Below are positions 39,530-51,184 of a stretch of 64,000 nt of DNA, piece after piece. Source of the stretch: Octopus bimaculoides. Taxonomy: Eukaryota. Made by a program: the position numbers and the translations under genes. Positions within the stretch are counted from its first letter, which is position 1, and every line of letters begins with the position of its first letter. The notes beneath the pieces were generated by a model. It did not search any database, was not told the origin of the DNA, and saw nothing but the letters and a program-made list of their open reading frames with translations. The DNA lies in contig NC_068981.1 in assembly GCF_001194135.2 (NCBI RefSeq), positions 166,893,549 through 166,957,548 on the forward strand. Reading direction: 5' to 3'.

Positions 39530-40100
39530 ATATTTCTTGCTTTTGATGTATTGACTCCTGCAGAAAGATTTCTACTAGTTTCTTCAAATTTTAATGATGT
39601 GAAACTGAAAGTTACAAGGAGCTGAATGTGGGAAAGCAATTCATGTAGTGCTGTTGACAATAAAAGCGCTAATATTGCTTTGTTCCAGGGAAACGAAGGT
39701 ATAAAACACCATACAAGGAAAACTAGATTTTCTCCCATTATGACACTTTATGATGACATTTTACATAGTCTTCATAAAATCGTAATTTACTGCACTTTAA
39801 CAGAAGTATTGCTGTCTGACAGACTATACTGATGTTAAAGGGTTCCAAAAGAAGTGCATAAATCTGAGGCAGTAACAAGTATTTTCTGTCTCAATCAATC
39901 CTTCAATTTCCCAAACCACAAGAAGTTAGGTTACCAGGATTTCTTTTTTAATGCAAATAGCTCCTTATTCTCTGAAATCATTGCTAATTCTCATGGCTAT
40001 ATAATCCATGGTTATTTATTTCAACTAATTAGTGAGGTCCCTGTCACTGCTGCTCATTATATACATATTAGTTTTACTTTTAGAACAATAAAATACTAGA
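39530..40100 (+). mobile_element. Possible decayed DDE integrase-type transposase relic (KRBA2/SCAND3-like, Ginger-type)
   Basis: One reading frame over about 190 codons with only 3 stops. LYDDILHSLH, LY*C*RVPKE and KKLGYQD resemble recalled lfdIlh..H, LC..C...PKK and KfilvYQDH. Judged by eye. Confidence 0.35.
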
Positions 40101-42868
40101 GATAGTTCTCTTAAGTGTGTTCATTTATATCCCACATTTCAAATCTTATTAGCCACTCTAAAACACTGGCCACACAGTCCATTACAAACATGTATAAGAC
40201 AATACATTACACTATCAATTTCAAGAAGTAAAATAGCCAAGTAGATACACCATTAAATTATCAGCTTTATAAGTCTTTTGTTATGTATTTGGAAAGTTAG
40301 CATCATTGTATATGTCTCAGTTCACCAAGTTCTACATGTTTCACATCTATGAATAGTGTCTAAAAGAAAAAAAGTGGGGTGTGCTATCAATACAATTAGA
40401 CATCAGTTAGACAAAATTCCTCCATTATCTCGCAATGTTTCAGGTTCTGTTTGCTGAAAGCTATTGAGTATTGCTTTTCCCTAGTTCTCAAATTAATTGA
40501 AAGATAGCTAATTTGGTGGCATAATGGATTGGAATTTCTACCCCACTAAATTAAAAGTTTTCTTATAGAGTTTCCCGCTTGAAATTAGTTTATTTCCCAG
40601 AATGCTGAAATGGCAGAAATGATAGTATTGGACTAAATGCTGTTTCTAATTTTGTCTCTTTGTGTTGTGAGTTCAAATACCACCAGGATTGACTTTGCTT
40701 TTCATCTTTGAGGATTCAATATAACAAGTATGAATAATGAACTGGTGGTAAATTACTTTTCTAGAAATTCGTGGTTATGTGCCAAAGTTAGACATTAAGT
40801 TTTTTTTTCTTTTAATGGAACTTAATATTTATAATTGACCTGTTGTAATATTTTATAGATTTTGGTGGAAATCATTTCCTACTCTTGTATGACTATTATC
40901 CATTCATATGTATTATCATATATCTGAATGTATAAGCTTTAGAAGTTAGAAGAAATATATTCTCTTTTGGGCTAATTTTATATAATACTAATTAGCCTAG
41001 GAGAAATTTTAGTAAATTACAGTTGGATGACATTTTGACTAATTACAGATATATCACCTCTTAATGTATTATTGCCGGGAGTTAGTATGGTTGGGATAAA
41101 TTTGAGCTATTTGTGTGCACATAGAAACAAATATATACTGTAACAGTAATGAAAGGAAATTGAAGATTGAACCTGGATGCTTTGAGTGAGGTTGAAAGAT
41201 AGTTGGATGAGAACTGGTTGAAAATACTAATTCTGTAGTTGGTTAGAACTGAATCAGTTACAGGATAAATATTTAAGACAAACTTTAAAGAAAAGTGCTA
41301 GTAGTGATAATAGAAGCTGTTTGTGTACATAATACAACACACTCAAGGATCATAATTATGAAGCCAATTCATCTAAAGCCCTCAACCCCTACCTACCTCC
41401 CTTAGTATTAGAAATAAAAGTAATAGTGAAAGCATTCAAATGAGAAGTACCACATCTGAAATGAAACCATATAAAAATACTTGTATCTGGTCTTCCATAA
41501 TCTGCCATTTTGTTGTCATCTCTAGGCATTAAGCTTAGCATTTTATATCAACCAAACATTCTTCAATTATATAGTATTCCTATTCACTACTTCTCCACAG
41601 TGAGCTGTACTTATCCATAGTAGTTTTTACAATTAGTGTAGCATTGCATATTGAAAGGTAGTATGCTACTTGGAGAAAGATATTTGAGCTATCAACTCTT
41701 TTTGTCCATTGACTATTGTGTTATTGATTCAAACAGTTGTTTAGTCTTCTTACATCACACACAAAAAAGAACTTATCAAATACTCTTTCTGATATTTGTT
41801 ACTGCCATAACTGTTTACTATATTGCTTGTTAATAACATTAAATATTTGGTGACTGGATGAATATCTAATTATAATTATAAACTATTTTCAAAATTTGGA
41901 AATATGGGATGAATTGCAAACTTTTATGATTAAATACAACAAAAGTCTAATGACTCATCTGTTTTCTTTATGGTTTACACATAATTATACAATATGAAGT
42001 GCCATATAAAATGTAATGCAAAATGCTTCCTTATAAGATGGAAGCTGCTGCTTATCATACATAATGTTATCACTTGGTTACTGATATTTAATTTTGTGGG
42101 TTCCAATCTCATTTGCTTAGTGTTAGCATCCACTTGTTATTGAAAAGGTTTTATCCAAAGATGATTGCTATTGTATACTTTATCTGTATTATTTGCTGGG
42201 AAATAAACCTGTTGATTCATAACAGCAAAATAAAGTAAATCCTCTATTGCAAAGTCCTAACCTATGAAAAGTATTTCAAAATAGAATAAAAGCATTTACT
42301 CTTAGAAAATAAAACTTTAAATATTGTATTCACTAAGAAATTTATTTCATATTTTGCAACATTGACAGTGATTCATACTGGTTAACATTTTTAAACATCT
42401 GGATCATTCTTTGTACATATAAATATAACCATTTGGTACTTAGCATGTTACATTAACCTTAAAGTAAACAAAAGGAAAATTTAGTTGTTACTAATATAAA
42501 TGTGATAAAAAAAAAAAAAATCATACCTGGGATATTTTGTTTCTTCAGAAAATTTATCTCTTCTATGGTGTCTACCTTCATATTTAAGTAGTCATCAGAT
42601 CTGATACTAATATGAAAAAATTTTTTCTTTCTCTTATCATATTGCAAAAGTAGTTATTGCATTATTTTTTACTTCAAATTTTACACACAATTACTGTTCT
42701 TTTTCACTGGATAATCATGCAGAACATTCACTTACCTTTGATGTACACATGCTCATATCTGATCACTTTGCTGTCAATTTTGGATTGAAATGAATCTTAA
42801 TTCTGATTGTAAATTCCTTGTGTCATTGATATGTTTTTTAAATTTTTTGTGTCTCTTGTTGCTTTCAG

Positions 42869-43037
42869 GAAGGGGCTGATTATGATGTCCCTGAAAACAA
42901 TCTTTTGAACATACAAGATGAGTTTTCAACACAGTTAAATGAAAGTACAAACCAACCAATTGAGCAAAATTCTAATGAACAGGTGGAGACTGCTGTAGAA
43001 GCAATGGAAAGTAAACAATATGGAACAAACGAGCAAG
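42869..43037 (+). CDS. TRAPPC8: TRAPPC8 coding exon: EGADYDVPENNLLNIQDEFSTQLNESTNQPIEQNSNEQVETAVEAMESKQYGTNEQ(G)
   Basis: Acceptor gtctcttgttgctttcAG, donor caag|GTAAAT at 43038. Phase 0 in and phase 1 out fit both neighbours. NNLL resembles the recalled vertebrate linker DNNLLSLD. Poorly conserved region. Confidence 0.8.
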
Positions 43038-44364
43038 GTAAATACCTAAAATTGTCTTTTCTTCTCCACTTCTGCAGCATCAGCACTTTGTAAGTTTCAC
43101 CCAAATTTGTGTTACTATGACTACAGTTTACACTTAGTGATAAGATCTTTTACATGTGCCAGCTTAACTTTTGCTTGTGTCCATGTAAATGGGCAACTAA
43201 AAAAAAGTGTTTGGTGCCATGGTGTAGGGTATTCTGAGTATAGTTTAGCACGAGATTTACGATCAGTTGTACTTGAGTGAAGTATGAGTGTATAGTGAGT
43301 AGTGAAGTAAGGTTTGTCCTGGATGTATGACTGCTTTTTACCTTTGTAATGTCTTGTGTTATTGTAAATTTAGTTATTGTATGACTTCTTGTATGGTTCA
43401 TTTCTTTATACTTGTATTAGTAATAGGTCTGATTGAGCAGACTTGTTACTTGAAAGCATTCTTCTGTAATCACTTGCTTCATTTTGAATCAAAGACTACA
43501 ATACCTAATGCGTTTTATTTTTTAAGGCAGTATAGTATGATTTGAGGATAATTTGGATATGTCCAGCTGGTTGGGGGACCATGTAGAAGCTCCCTCTGTT
43601 GTTGCATTTGATGGTGTTGAAAATGGTTTTTGTTTTTTTTTTTCTCTTCACATTTTTTAAATACAATAGTCTGTAACCAGTTAGATGAATTACTAGTTGT
43701 GTGTATAATAGTTGTTTTATATTTTGTACTTATTTATTTTGATTTTATATTGGAAATTGGTTTCTTCAAATACATGTTGAATGTCACTTGCTGCAAAATT
43801 TTGGTTGTTGCTAAGCCTTAAGTCACTGATTTGGCAACTTTGATAAAAGGTGTTCCTGCAGTGGACATTGCATTTTTGAGTCTTTTTGTTTTTGTTTTTG
43901 TTTTTTGTGGTGGTGGAGAACAAGGGAGGGCTGGCATAGTATATTTAAGACTATATTATTCAATGTATCCTTTCTTTTATTGGTGAGATTTGGTTATTTA
44001 CTTTAGCTACATAGATTCTCTCATTGGTTTGCATTGCATGTTAGTCTGAAATGTTGGTGAGGATTCAGAAGTGTTTTGTCCTGACTGCAGCATTAAAAAA
44101 AATGTTTTTGTGAGATGACAGATCAGTTTTCCAGTGCACACTGTGTGATTATTGAATAGATGTATATAATTGTTCTAGCATAAGTTTAAAATGTCTAGAT
44201 ATTTTTTATCTTTTGGCTGCTTTGTTCTAATAAAGACCCACAACAATAATTGTATTCATTTGTTAGATGGTCATGCAGTTCATCCCATCTCATCACATCT
44301 GCTAGTCTTTATTTGCCTACTTCTATTCTGTGAATACTCTATTTCTTGAGGCTATTTTTATTAC

Positions 44365-44490
44365 TGGACACATGTGGTTAAGAGATTCGCTTCCAATCAT
44401 GTAGTCAACTGCACAGTAGCATGAGCAAGTGTCTTCTATTCTCTCAGGTTGACCAATGCCTTGTGAGAAGAATTGGTAGATGGAACCTGT
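44365..44490 (+). mobile_element. SINE family A 5' half, decayed
   Basis: atgtggttaagagattcgcttccaatcatgt...gcaagtgtcttcta...gccttgtgag..ttggtagatggaac. Confidence 0.55.
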
Positions 44491-45370
44491 TATTTGTGGG
44501 AGGGGAGGGGAGCATGTGAGCATGTATTCATGGAAGATGTCATTTTCTCTTCACATGGGACAAGCTGAGCAAAAACAAAGTATTGTGTTTACAATTCCAG
44601 TGAATATGTCTTCTATCACTGTGCTCTTGAAGTTGAATTTTAAAAAAATTCTGTACAGCATAAAGCAAGGAAAGAGTGTTTTACAGCCAGTAAGAGCATC
44701 TGGCTGTAAAATATTGCCTCAATATCTATCCAATCTATTCCATCATAGAAGAATGTACATAAAACAAATAACTGAATACTAATGTTACCCAATTGCTTTC
44801 TCTGGTCACATGTTGAATTTCTCTTACAGGCTCATTGAACCTGTAATAAATCATACAAATTATTTTCAGATTGTTTATTCTTTATTTACAGATTCTTTAT
44901 TTACAATGCCCCTATTTCATTGTCATACATACAGTAAATAGCAAATAAAACACCCTCCTGTATCATACTTCTGGCACATACATTATGCATTGTCTAAAAA
45001 TATAAACTTTGTACCTTTACAAGCTGTATTATTGACATTGTTGCAATCAAGGTTACAGATTCATGCACAAAGATTTTTAAATCTTCATCACTATTCTTGT
45101 GTTCATTATGAAGATTAAAGAATTTTGTCATGGATATCCTCTTAAATGTTGTGATAATTATTTTTATTCATTACCATAACAAGCTCCCCATCCTTTATAT
45201 TGAATCTAATATGCAATCATTTCAGGCTAAAATTATTACTAGATGAGAACCTTCTTTGATTATTGGTAATCCAAAGTTCTTTATGCGAGCACATGCACTC
45301 ATGCACATGCTTATATATATTGTAAAGCTGTCAATAACAATGAAATGAAATAACTTCTAAATTTTTCCAG

Positions 45371-45684
45371 TTGGTCTTATAAATTCACCAAACAGTTCCA
45401 AGATATTTGATCATCCATTAGCCGAAGAAAGCCGCAGTTTAAATGGAAGCATGAATACTATCAATGCATTGTCTCCTGATGGATCTGGAGCAGCCATTTC
45501 TGGAGTAGCCACTACTACTGGTGGTCATTTTATTATTTCTCCTACAGAAAAACCAAAATCTGACCAACATGGCATGTGCCTCACTATTAGTGACCATGAC
45601 CGATTACGTATTTTCATGCATGAATTCTGTGTACGTGCACTCATTCCATGGGCTGAAAGGCAAATGAGAGTTCTTAACGACCAG
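45371..45684 (+). CDS. TRAPPC8: TRAPPC8 coding exon: GLINSPNSSKIFDHPLAEE...QHGMCLTISDHDRLRIFMHEFCVRALIPWAERQMRVLNDQ
   Basis: Acceptor atttttccAG, donor cag|GTAAGT at 45685. Matches the recalled start of the Trs85 domain, HGACLTLTDHDRIRQFIQEF...LLPHIEKTIRQLNDQ. Confidence 0.95.
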
Positions 45685-46525
45685 GTAAGTAACATGTAAT
45701 ATGCATGCATGTAATGTATGTTGTGTAATGTATGTTATATAATATATGTATGCCGTGTAATGCTATATATTTTGTGTGATGTATGTATGCTATGTAATAC
45801 AAATAAGGTTGTTTGGTAGTAGCTATGAGTAAAACTTTTCAATGTATTTAAATAGATATTATATAGCAAAGCACATTTAGTTTTACTGAATAGGAATAAG
45901 GATTAATATAGATAGAAATATATTTGATATCTGACATAAAATGATTTTGCGCTTTTCATTTTAAGGACTTTATATTCAGGTAGTCCAGTCATGTTGCTTT
46001 AAGCTGTAAACCACTGTATGTATTTTTTACAGAGGCTTTTTACTATCCTTAAAATTCTGTCCTGCAATAAAGTCTCTTAGTTAAACTGGCTGCCTATGAT
46101 TTCACCTTGTCTTTCATCTCTCAGCTTGGAAGCTTTGTGTTAGCACATGTAATAGCAGTTTATGCCAATGAGTCTCTCACTGATCTACACTTTAACTGAT
46201 GTGCATCAAGATTCAATATTGTCCTCCACATTTTCTCTTGTACATTAACAATTTTTTTGCTGCCTCAAACACAATGTTTATATCAAAGAGACAATCTTGT
46301 ACCTAACCCTCCCATGGACAACATGCAGTTAATGCTCTCACTATTACACTCCTTATTTTACTCTCTAACTTACACTCCTTTCTTTCCCAACTGGGGTAGC
46401 CTTGTATTTACAGCAAGACACCTACCTTCTGTCCCTCTGTACTTTTAATCTCTCAACTAGCACAAAACCCCCACCCCTCAGTATTACTCCCTCCAGTTGA
46501 GGGTTTTGTCTTTTTTGTCTTCCTA

Positions 46526-46735
46526 GGTACTTGGTGACCTTGTTAGTGATGGTGTCATGTAAAAAGCACCCAGTACCGTTTATAAAGTGGTTGGCATTAG
46601 GAAGGGTCTCCAGCTGTAGAAACCATGCCAAAACAGACAATGGAACGTGGTATGGCTCCTGACCTTTCCAGCTTCCATCAAGCCATCCAAACAATGCCAG
46701 TATAGCTTGGACAGTGTGATGATGATAATGATGAC
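46526..46735 (+). mobile_element. RTE 3'-tail fragment
   Basis: gtgtcatgtaaaaagcacccagtac...gaagggtctccagctgtagaaaccatgcca...gatgatgataatgatga. Confidence 0.75.
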
Positions 46736-47934
46736 AAATAGTTAGCTTCACAGTTTCTGATGGTCTTTCCTAGTAACTCCACTTACAGAAGAATATAGTA
46801 GTTAAAACTGCATTGCATTTCAGTGGTTACCTCTTCAGAAAATACTTCAATTTTGATCTCTGGTTAACTCTATGGATAGAAGCATTTTAGACTGCATCCA
46901 AACACTACAACTTTTATTATTCAGAAACATCATTTCTTCTTGCCCTTTCCCTCTTCCCATTTTGTCCAATCCTTTCTCCTTAAAGTGCCAAAAATTCTGA
47001 AATTCCTTTTCCATCAACTGCATCAATCCCAACAGTCTCAGAATGTTTGTAATAGTCCTGGTTGTTACTCCTTCCATTTAATTAAGGTAATAAAAATATT
47101 GATCTTTACTATTGTGCCTATTTTAAGGCAATGAGTTGACAGTTATTAGAGCATCTGAAAGAATGTTGCGCATTATTTGTTCTGGCCCTGTGCACTGAGT
47201 TCAAATCCTGCTAATGTCAACTTTGCCTTCCCTCCTTTTGGGAACCTGGAGAAGCTTTAAAATGTCATATCAGCACCCCTATAACTCTCTCAGCAGTTGA
47301 AGTCTCAAGGAAAGAAAGAGTTTGTTATTTAGAGATCTTTCAGCAGTCAGCATACAGAATTGTAGTTGTGCTACCAATGAATTGTCTGCCATAATAATAT
47401 GATAGCCTACATTCTGACCTCATCATCATGATAATGGTGAAAGCACTAAAAGTGTTTGTCATATACTCAGAATGAACATATTGTTTAAATGAAAGAGATT
47501 TTTTTCCAACTCTAGTTACTACTACCAAAGAACTGTTTCATATAATTGTAGTTTGGTTTTGTTTGTGTATTTAAGCAATCACTTATTACTTAGATAAAGA
47601 AGACAAATTGCTACTTAAATATCTTGAAAAATAAAATAAATCTTTACAAAATATTTTGTTTGTTATAGTTGCTTTACGCATAGAATTTTTGTATTACATT
47701 TTTATCTTACTTGAATTAGAATTAAAAACATTTTGGTATTTTATTTTTTTTTAATAAATGTTTGTATATTCTCTAAAACAGTATAGATATTGATTTAAAA
47801 AAAATTTAATCTGATATTAAATATAATCCTTTTGAGAAATTAAAGAAGCAGTCTTAAAAATTTCCAAATCTCTGTTTATAAAACATACAAAGATTTTGTG
47901 AAGAATAATTATTAAATTAAATAACATCAATGAA

Positions 47935-48705
47935 NNNNNNNNNNNNNNNNNNNNNNNNNNNNNNNNNNNNNNNNNNNNNNNNNNNNNNNNNNNNNNNNNN
48001 NNNNNNNNNNNNNNNNNNNNNNNNNNNNNNNNNNNNNNNNNNNNNNNNNNNNNNNNNNNNNNNNNNNNNNNNNNNNNNNNNNNNNNNNNNNNNNNNNNNN
48101 NNNNNNNNNNNNNNNNNNNNNNNNNNNNNNNNNNNNNNNNNNNNNNNNNNNNNNNNNNNNNNNNNNNNNNNNNNNNNNNNNNNNNNNNNNNNNNNNNNNN
48201 NNNNNNNNNNNNNNNNNNNNNNNNNNNNNNNNNNNNNNNNNNNNNNNNNNNNNNNNNNNNNNNNNNNNNNNNNNNNNNNNNNNNNNNNNNNNNNNNNNNN
48301 NNNNNNNNNNNNNNNNNNNNNNNNNNNNNNNNNNNNNNNNNNNNNNNNNNNNNNNNNNNNNNNNNNNNNNNNNNNNNNNNNNNNNNNNNNNNNNNNNNNN
48401 NNNNNNNNNNNNNNNNNNNNNNNNNNNNNNNNNNNNNNNNNNNNNNNNNNNNNNNNNNNNNNNNNNNNNNNNNNNNNNNNNNNNNNNNNNNNNNNNNNNN
48501 NNNNNNNNNNNNNNNNNNNNNNNNNNNNNNNNNNNNNNNNNNNNNNNNNNNNNNNNNNNNNNNNNNNNNNNNNNNNNNNNNNNNNNNNNNNNNNNNNNNN
48601 NNNNNNNNNNNNNNNNNNNNNNNNNNNNNNNNNNNNNNNNNNNNNNNNNNNNNNNNNNNNNNNNNNNNNNNNNNNNNNNNNNNNNNNNNNNNNNNNNNNN
48701 NNNNN
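47935..48705. other. Assembly gap (771 N). Other gaps: 12890-13283, 24473-24669, 50431-50513, 62669-63058, 63445-63588
   Basis: Runs of N, mostly bordered by simple repeats. Confidence 0.99.
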
Positions 48706-48922
48706 TTCTCTCTCTCTCTCTCTCTCTCTCACTTACTATCTATTGCACTCACTCACTCTCTCTGGCACTCACTCACTCATTCACTCGCACTCTCTCTCTC
48801 TCTCTCTCTCTCACTCTCTCTCTATTGCACTCACTCCCTCTCTGTTGCACTCACTCACTCTCTCTGGCACTCACTCACTCTCTCACTCACTCGCTCTCTC
48901 TCTCTCGCTCTCTCTCTCTCTC
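48706..48922. repeat. (CT)n/(CACT)n pyrimidine-rich tract with an internal duplication (ctattgcactcactcactctctctggcactcactcact twice, degenerate)
   Basis: Read directly. Confidence 0.9.
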
Positions 48923-49321
48923 ATACACACATATGCATGTGTATTTGTGTATATTAGTATAAAAAAACTCATATTTAAGTTAGAAAGGTAACTGTTTAGG
49001 GATGTAACTCTGGTAAACTTAGCCATTCATTAAAATTTGATAAAATGAGAATCAAACTAAATAGAGAAGTTGATAAAATTGCATAACATCCTTGAAAACA
49101 GCATGGCCACAGTACAATGACTAAAATCTTTAAAACAATATATATATGCAGGTTTTTAAATAGCTATCATGACTCTTCCACAATGAAATTTGTTTTCAAT
49201 ACACAATCTCAGATAAAGTTTGCCAAACAAATACAACTCTGAAATATTTAGGATTTGAGAAATGTTGTTCTCTGTATTAATCCTTAAGCTACTTATTGTA
49301 TCTTCGTAATTTCTCTTTCAG

Positions 49322-49472
49322 TTATACAACTGAAGCACCAGAGTTACAGATGCGACGACTAGCAGATTTAGCATTCCTTTTCCAGATATATGATTTTGCC
49401 TACCACACCTATCAAACTGCAAAAAGGGATTTTAACAACGATCATGCTTGGTTGCACTATGCTGGAGCCCTG
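49322..49472 (+). CDS. TRAPPC8: TRAPPC8 coding exon: YTTEAPELQMRRLADLAFLFQIYDFAYHTYQTAKRDFNNDHAWLHYAGAL
   Basis: Acceptor ttctctttcAG, donor GTTAGT at 49473. Matches recalled YPPEAPELQIRKMADLCFLVQHYDLAYSCYHTAKKDFLND. Starts in phase 2. Confidence 0.96.
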
Positions 49473-50382
49473 GTTAGTGTGCTTGTTTGTTAGTGTGGAA
49501 AAGACTTTCATTAGTTATTTGATGTGTCCTCATTTAACATCCATCTTCCATGCATTTAAAAAAAAATATTTGCAAACAAATATTTTTTCCTTACATTTTA
49601 TAGAGTTTTGAAGAAAATTTACAACTGAAATTTATTTTGTGTCTCATTTGTGCAAAGAATTTTTTACATCCATATATTTCCTGTTTTCACAAATGCATTT
49701 TACTACATATGTCTTAATACCCTACAATTGCTAACCACTCAACTGTAAAGTGAGAGTGGAACCTAATTTTCATCAGACTTGCAAACTGGAGCAAGTAGAG
49801 CTATGTGCCTTGCTCAGTGGTACAACACTAGCTTAGTAAAACAAATTTATGGTCAACTCAAACCAGTTAGCAACTGATTAAAGTGAATAATTTCTGAAAT
49901 TTACTGTTTACTGTATCTTTACATTTATCTAAAAGAATTTGTTCTTATCACAATGTCTAATGATTTGATCAATATCTACAAAGATTGACACTAAGCTTAC
50001 ACTGGATAATCTACTTAACTCTGACACTCTTTTACTTGTTTTAGGCATTGGATTGTAGCCATGCTGTGCACTGCCTCAAAGGGTTTAGTCAATCAACCCC
50101 AGTACTCTTTTCTTTTTCAGTCAAATACTTATTCCATTGGTCTCTTTTGCTAAACTCCCAAGTAGTGGTTATGGGGACAACACACACACAATACACAGTA
50201 TATATATATATGATGAAGCTGATGAAGGAGATGTTTCTATGTGGCTTCCTTGTTTGTTGTACCTTGTTTATCATTTTGTCCATGTTCTTTTGCCACGTCA
50301 TGTACCCAGTTATGTATCTATGGGTACATGTGGATGAAGGTATATACATACATGTACATATATATGCATATACTCATATTGT

Positions 50383-50430
<48 letters not shown>

Positions 50431-50539
50431 NNNNNNNNNNNNNNNNNNNNNNNNNNNNNNNNNNNNNNNNNNNNNNNNNNNNNNNNNNNNNNNNNNNNNN
50501 NNNNNNNNNNNNNTCTCTCTCTCTCTCTCTCTCTCTCTC

Positions 50540-50915
50540 TGTACCTGTGTTGTTCTCACACCCACTGCTTGTCAACCAGTGTTGGTTTGTTTACATTCCT
50601 GTAACTTAGGGGTTCAGCAAAAGAGACTAGTAGAATAAGTGCTGGACTTAAAACAAAGGAAACAGTTCTGAGATTGTTTTGTTTGACTAAACCCTTCAAG
50701 GCAGGACACAATGTGGTCACAATCAAATGAATGAAACAAACAACATATTACTTTAGTAGATTATCCAGTGTAGGCTTCCACACAGTATCTCTCAACCAAA
50801 TTCACTGACAAAGCTTTGGTTGGTCCAGGGCTAGAATAGAAGACACTTGCTCGAGGGGCTGTGCAGTGGGACTGAACCCAAAACATTATAGTTGCAAGCT
50901 TCTTAAACCACAGAA
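50540..50915. mobile_element. Two SINE family A fragments: 3' half on plus (50540-50740), 5' half on minus (50770-50915)
   Basis: Matches ttggtttgtttacat..gtaacttag..cagcaaaagaga (plus) and aagctttggttggtcc..agaagacacttgc..cagtgggactgaaccc (minus). Confidence 0.65.
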
Positions 50916-51086
50916 CTAATGAATCTTATGAATATTTTAGAGGGAAATATGTTCATTCACAACAGTGAACACACTGAACATAAGAATTAAAAAATTGAAA
51001 ATGACAAGAAAACAATTGTCACTCATCAGTTTTGCAATCACTAATTTTGATTTATTTTCATCTTTAAAAAAACCTCCAAAATCTAG

Positions 51087-51184
51087 GAAATGGCATGTAT
51101 AACACTGTTCATGCAGGACAATGGCAGACAATACCCTCATCATTACATGGAATCTGCTGTCACAACATACTTGGCCACCTGCAG
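51087..51184 (+). CDS. TRAPPC8: TRAPPC8 coding exon: EMACITLFMQDNGRQYPHHYMESAVTTYLATC(R)
   Basis: Acceptor ctAG at 51085-86, donor cag|GTTAGT. Matches recalled EMAAVSAFLQ...YPAHYMDTAIQTY. Not in the ORF track because it is short. Confidence 0.92.

Larger units (their letters stand above)
328..42868 (+). other. 42,541-bp phase-0 intron of TRAPPC8
   Basis: GTAAGT...ttcAG with in-phase exons on either side. I found no further TRAPPC8-like constitutive exon inside it by eye. Confidence 0.75.

Noticed and set aside
39523-39738. hAT dimerization-domain resemblance in the minus ORF (and a similar hint at about 23970-24130)
   Set aside because: Only loose similarity. At 39.5 kb the plus-strand integrase-like reading explains more sequence, and neither region has hAT termini.
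47917-48991. Long ORFs spanning N runs (also 24357-24728 and 62651-63096)
   Set aside because: Artefacts of translating assembly gaps.
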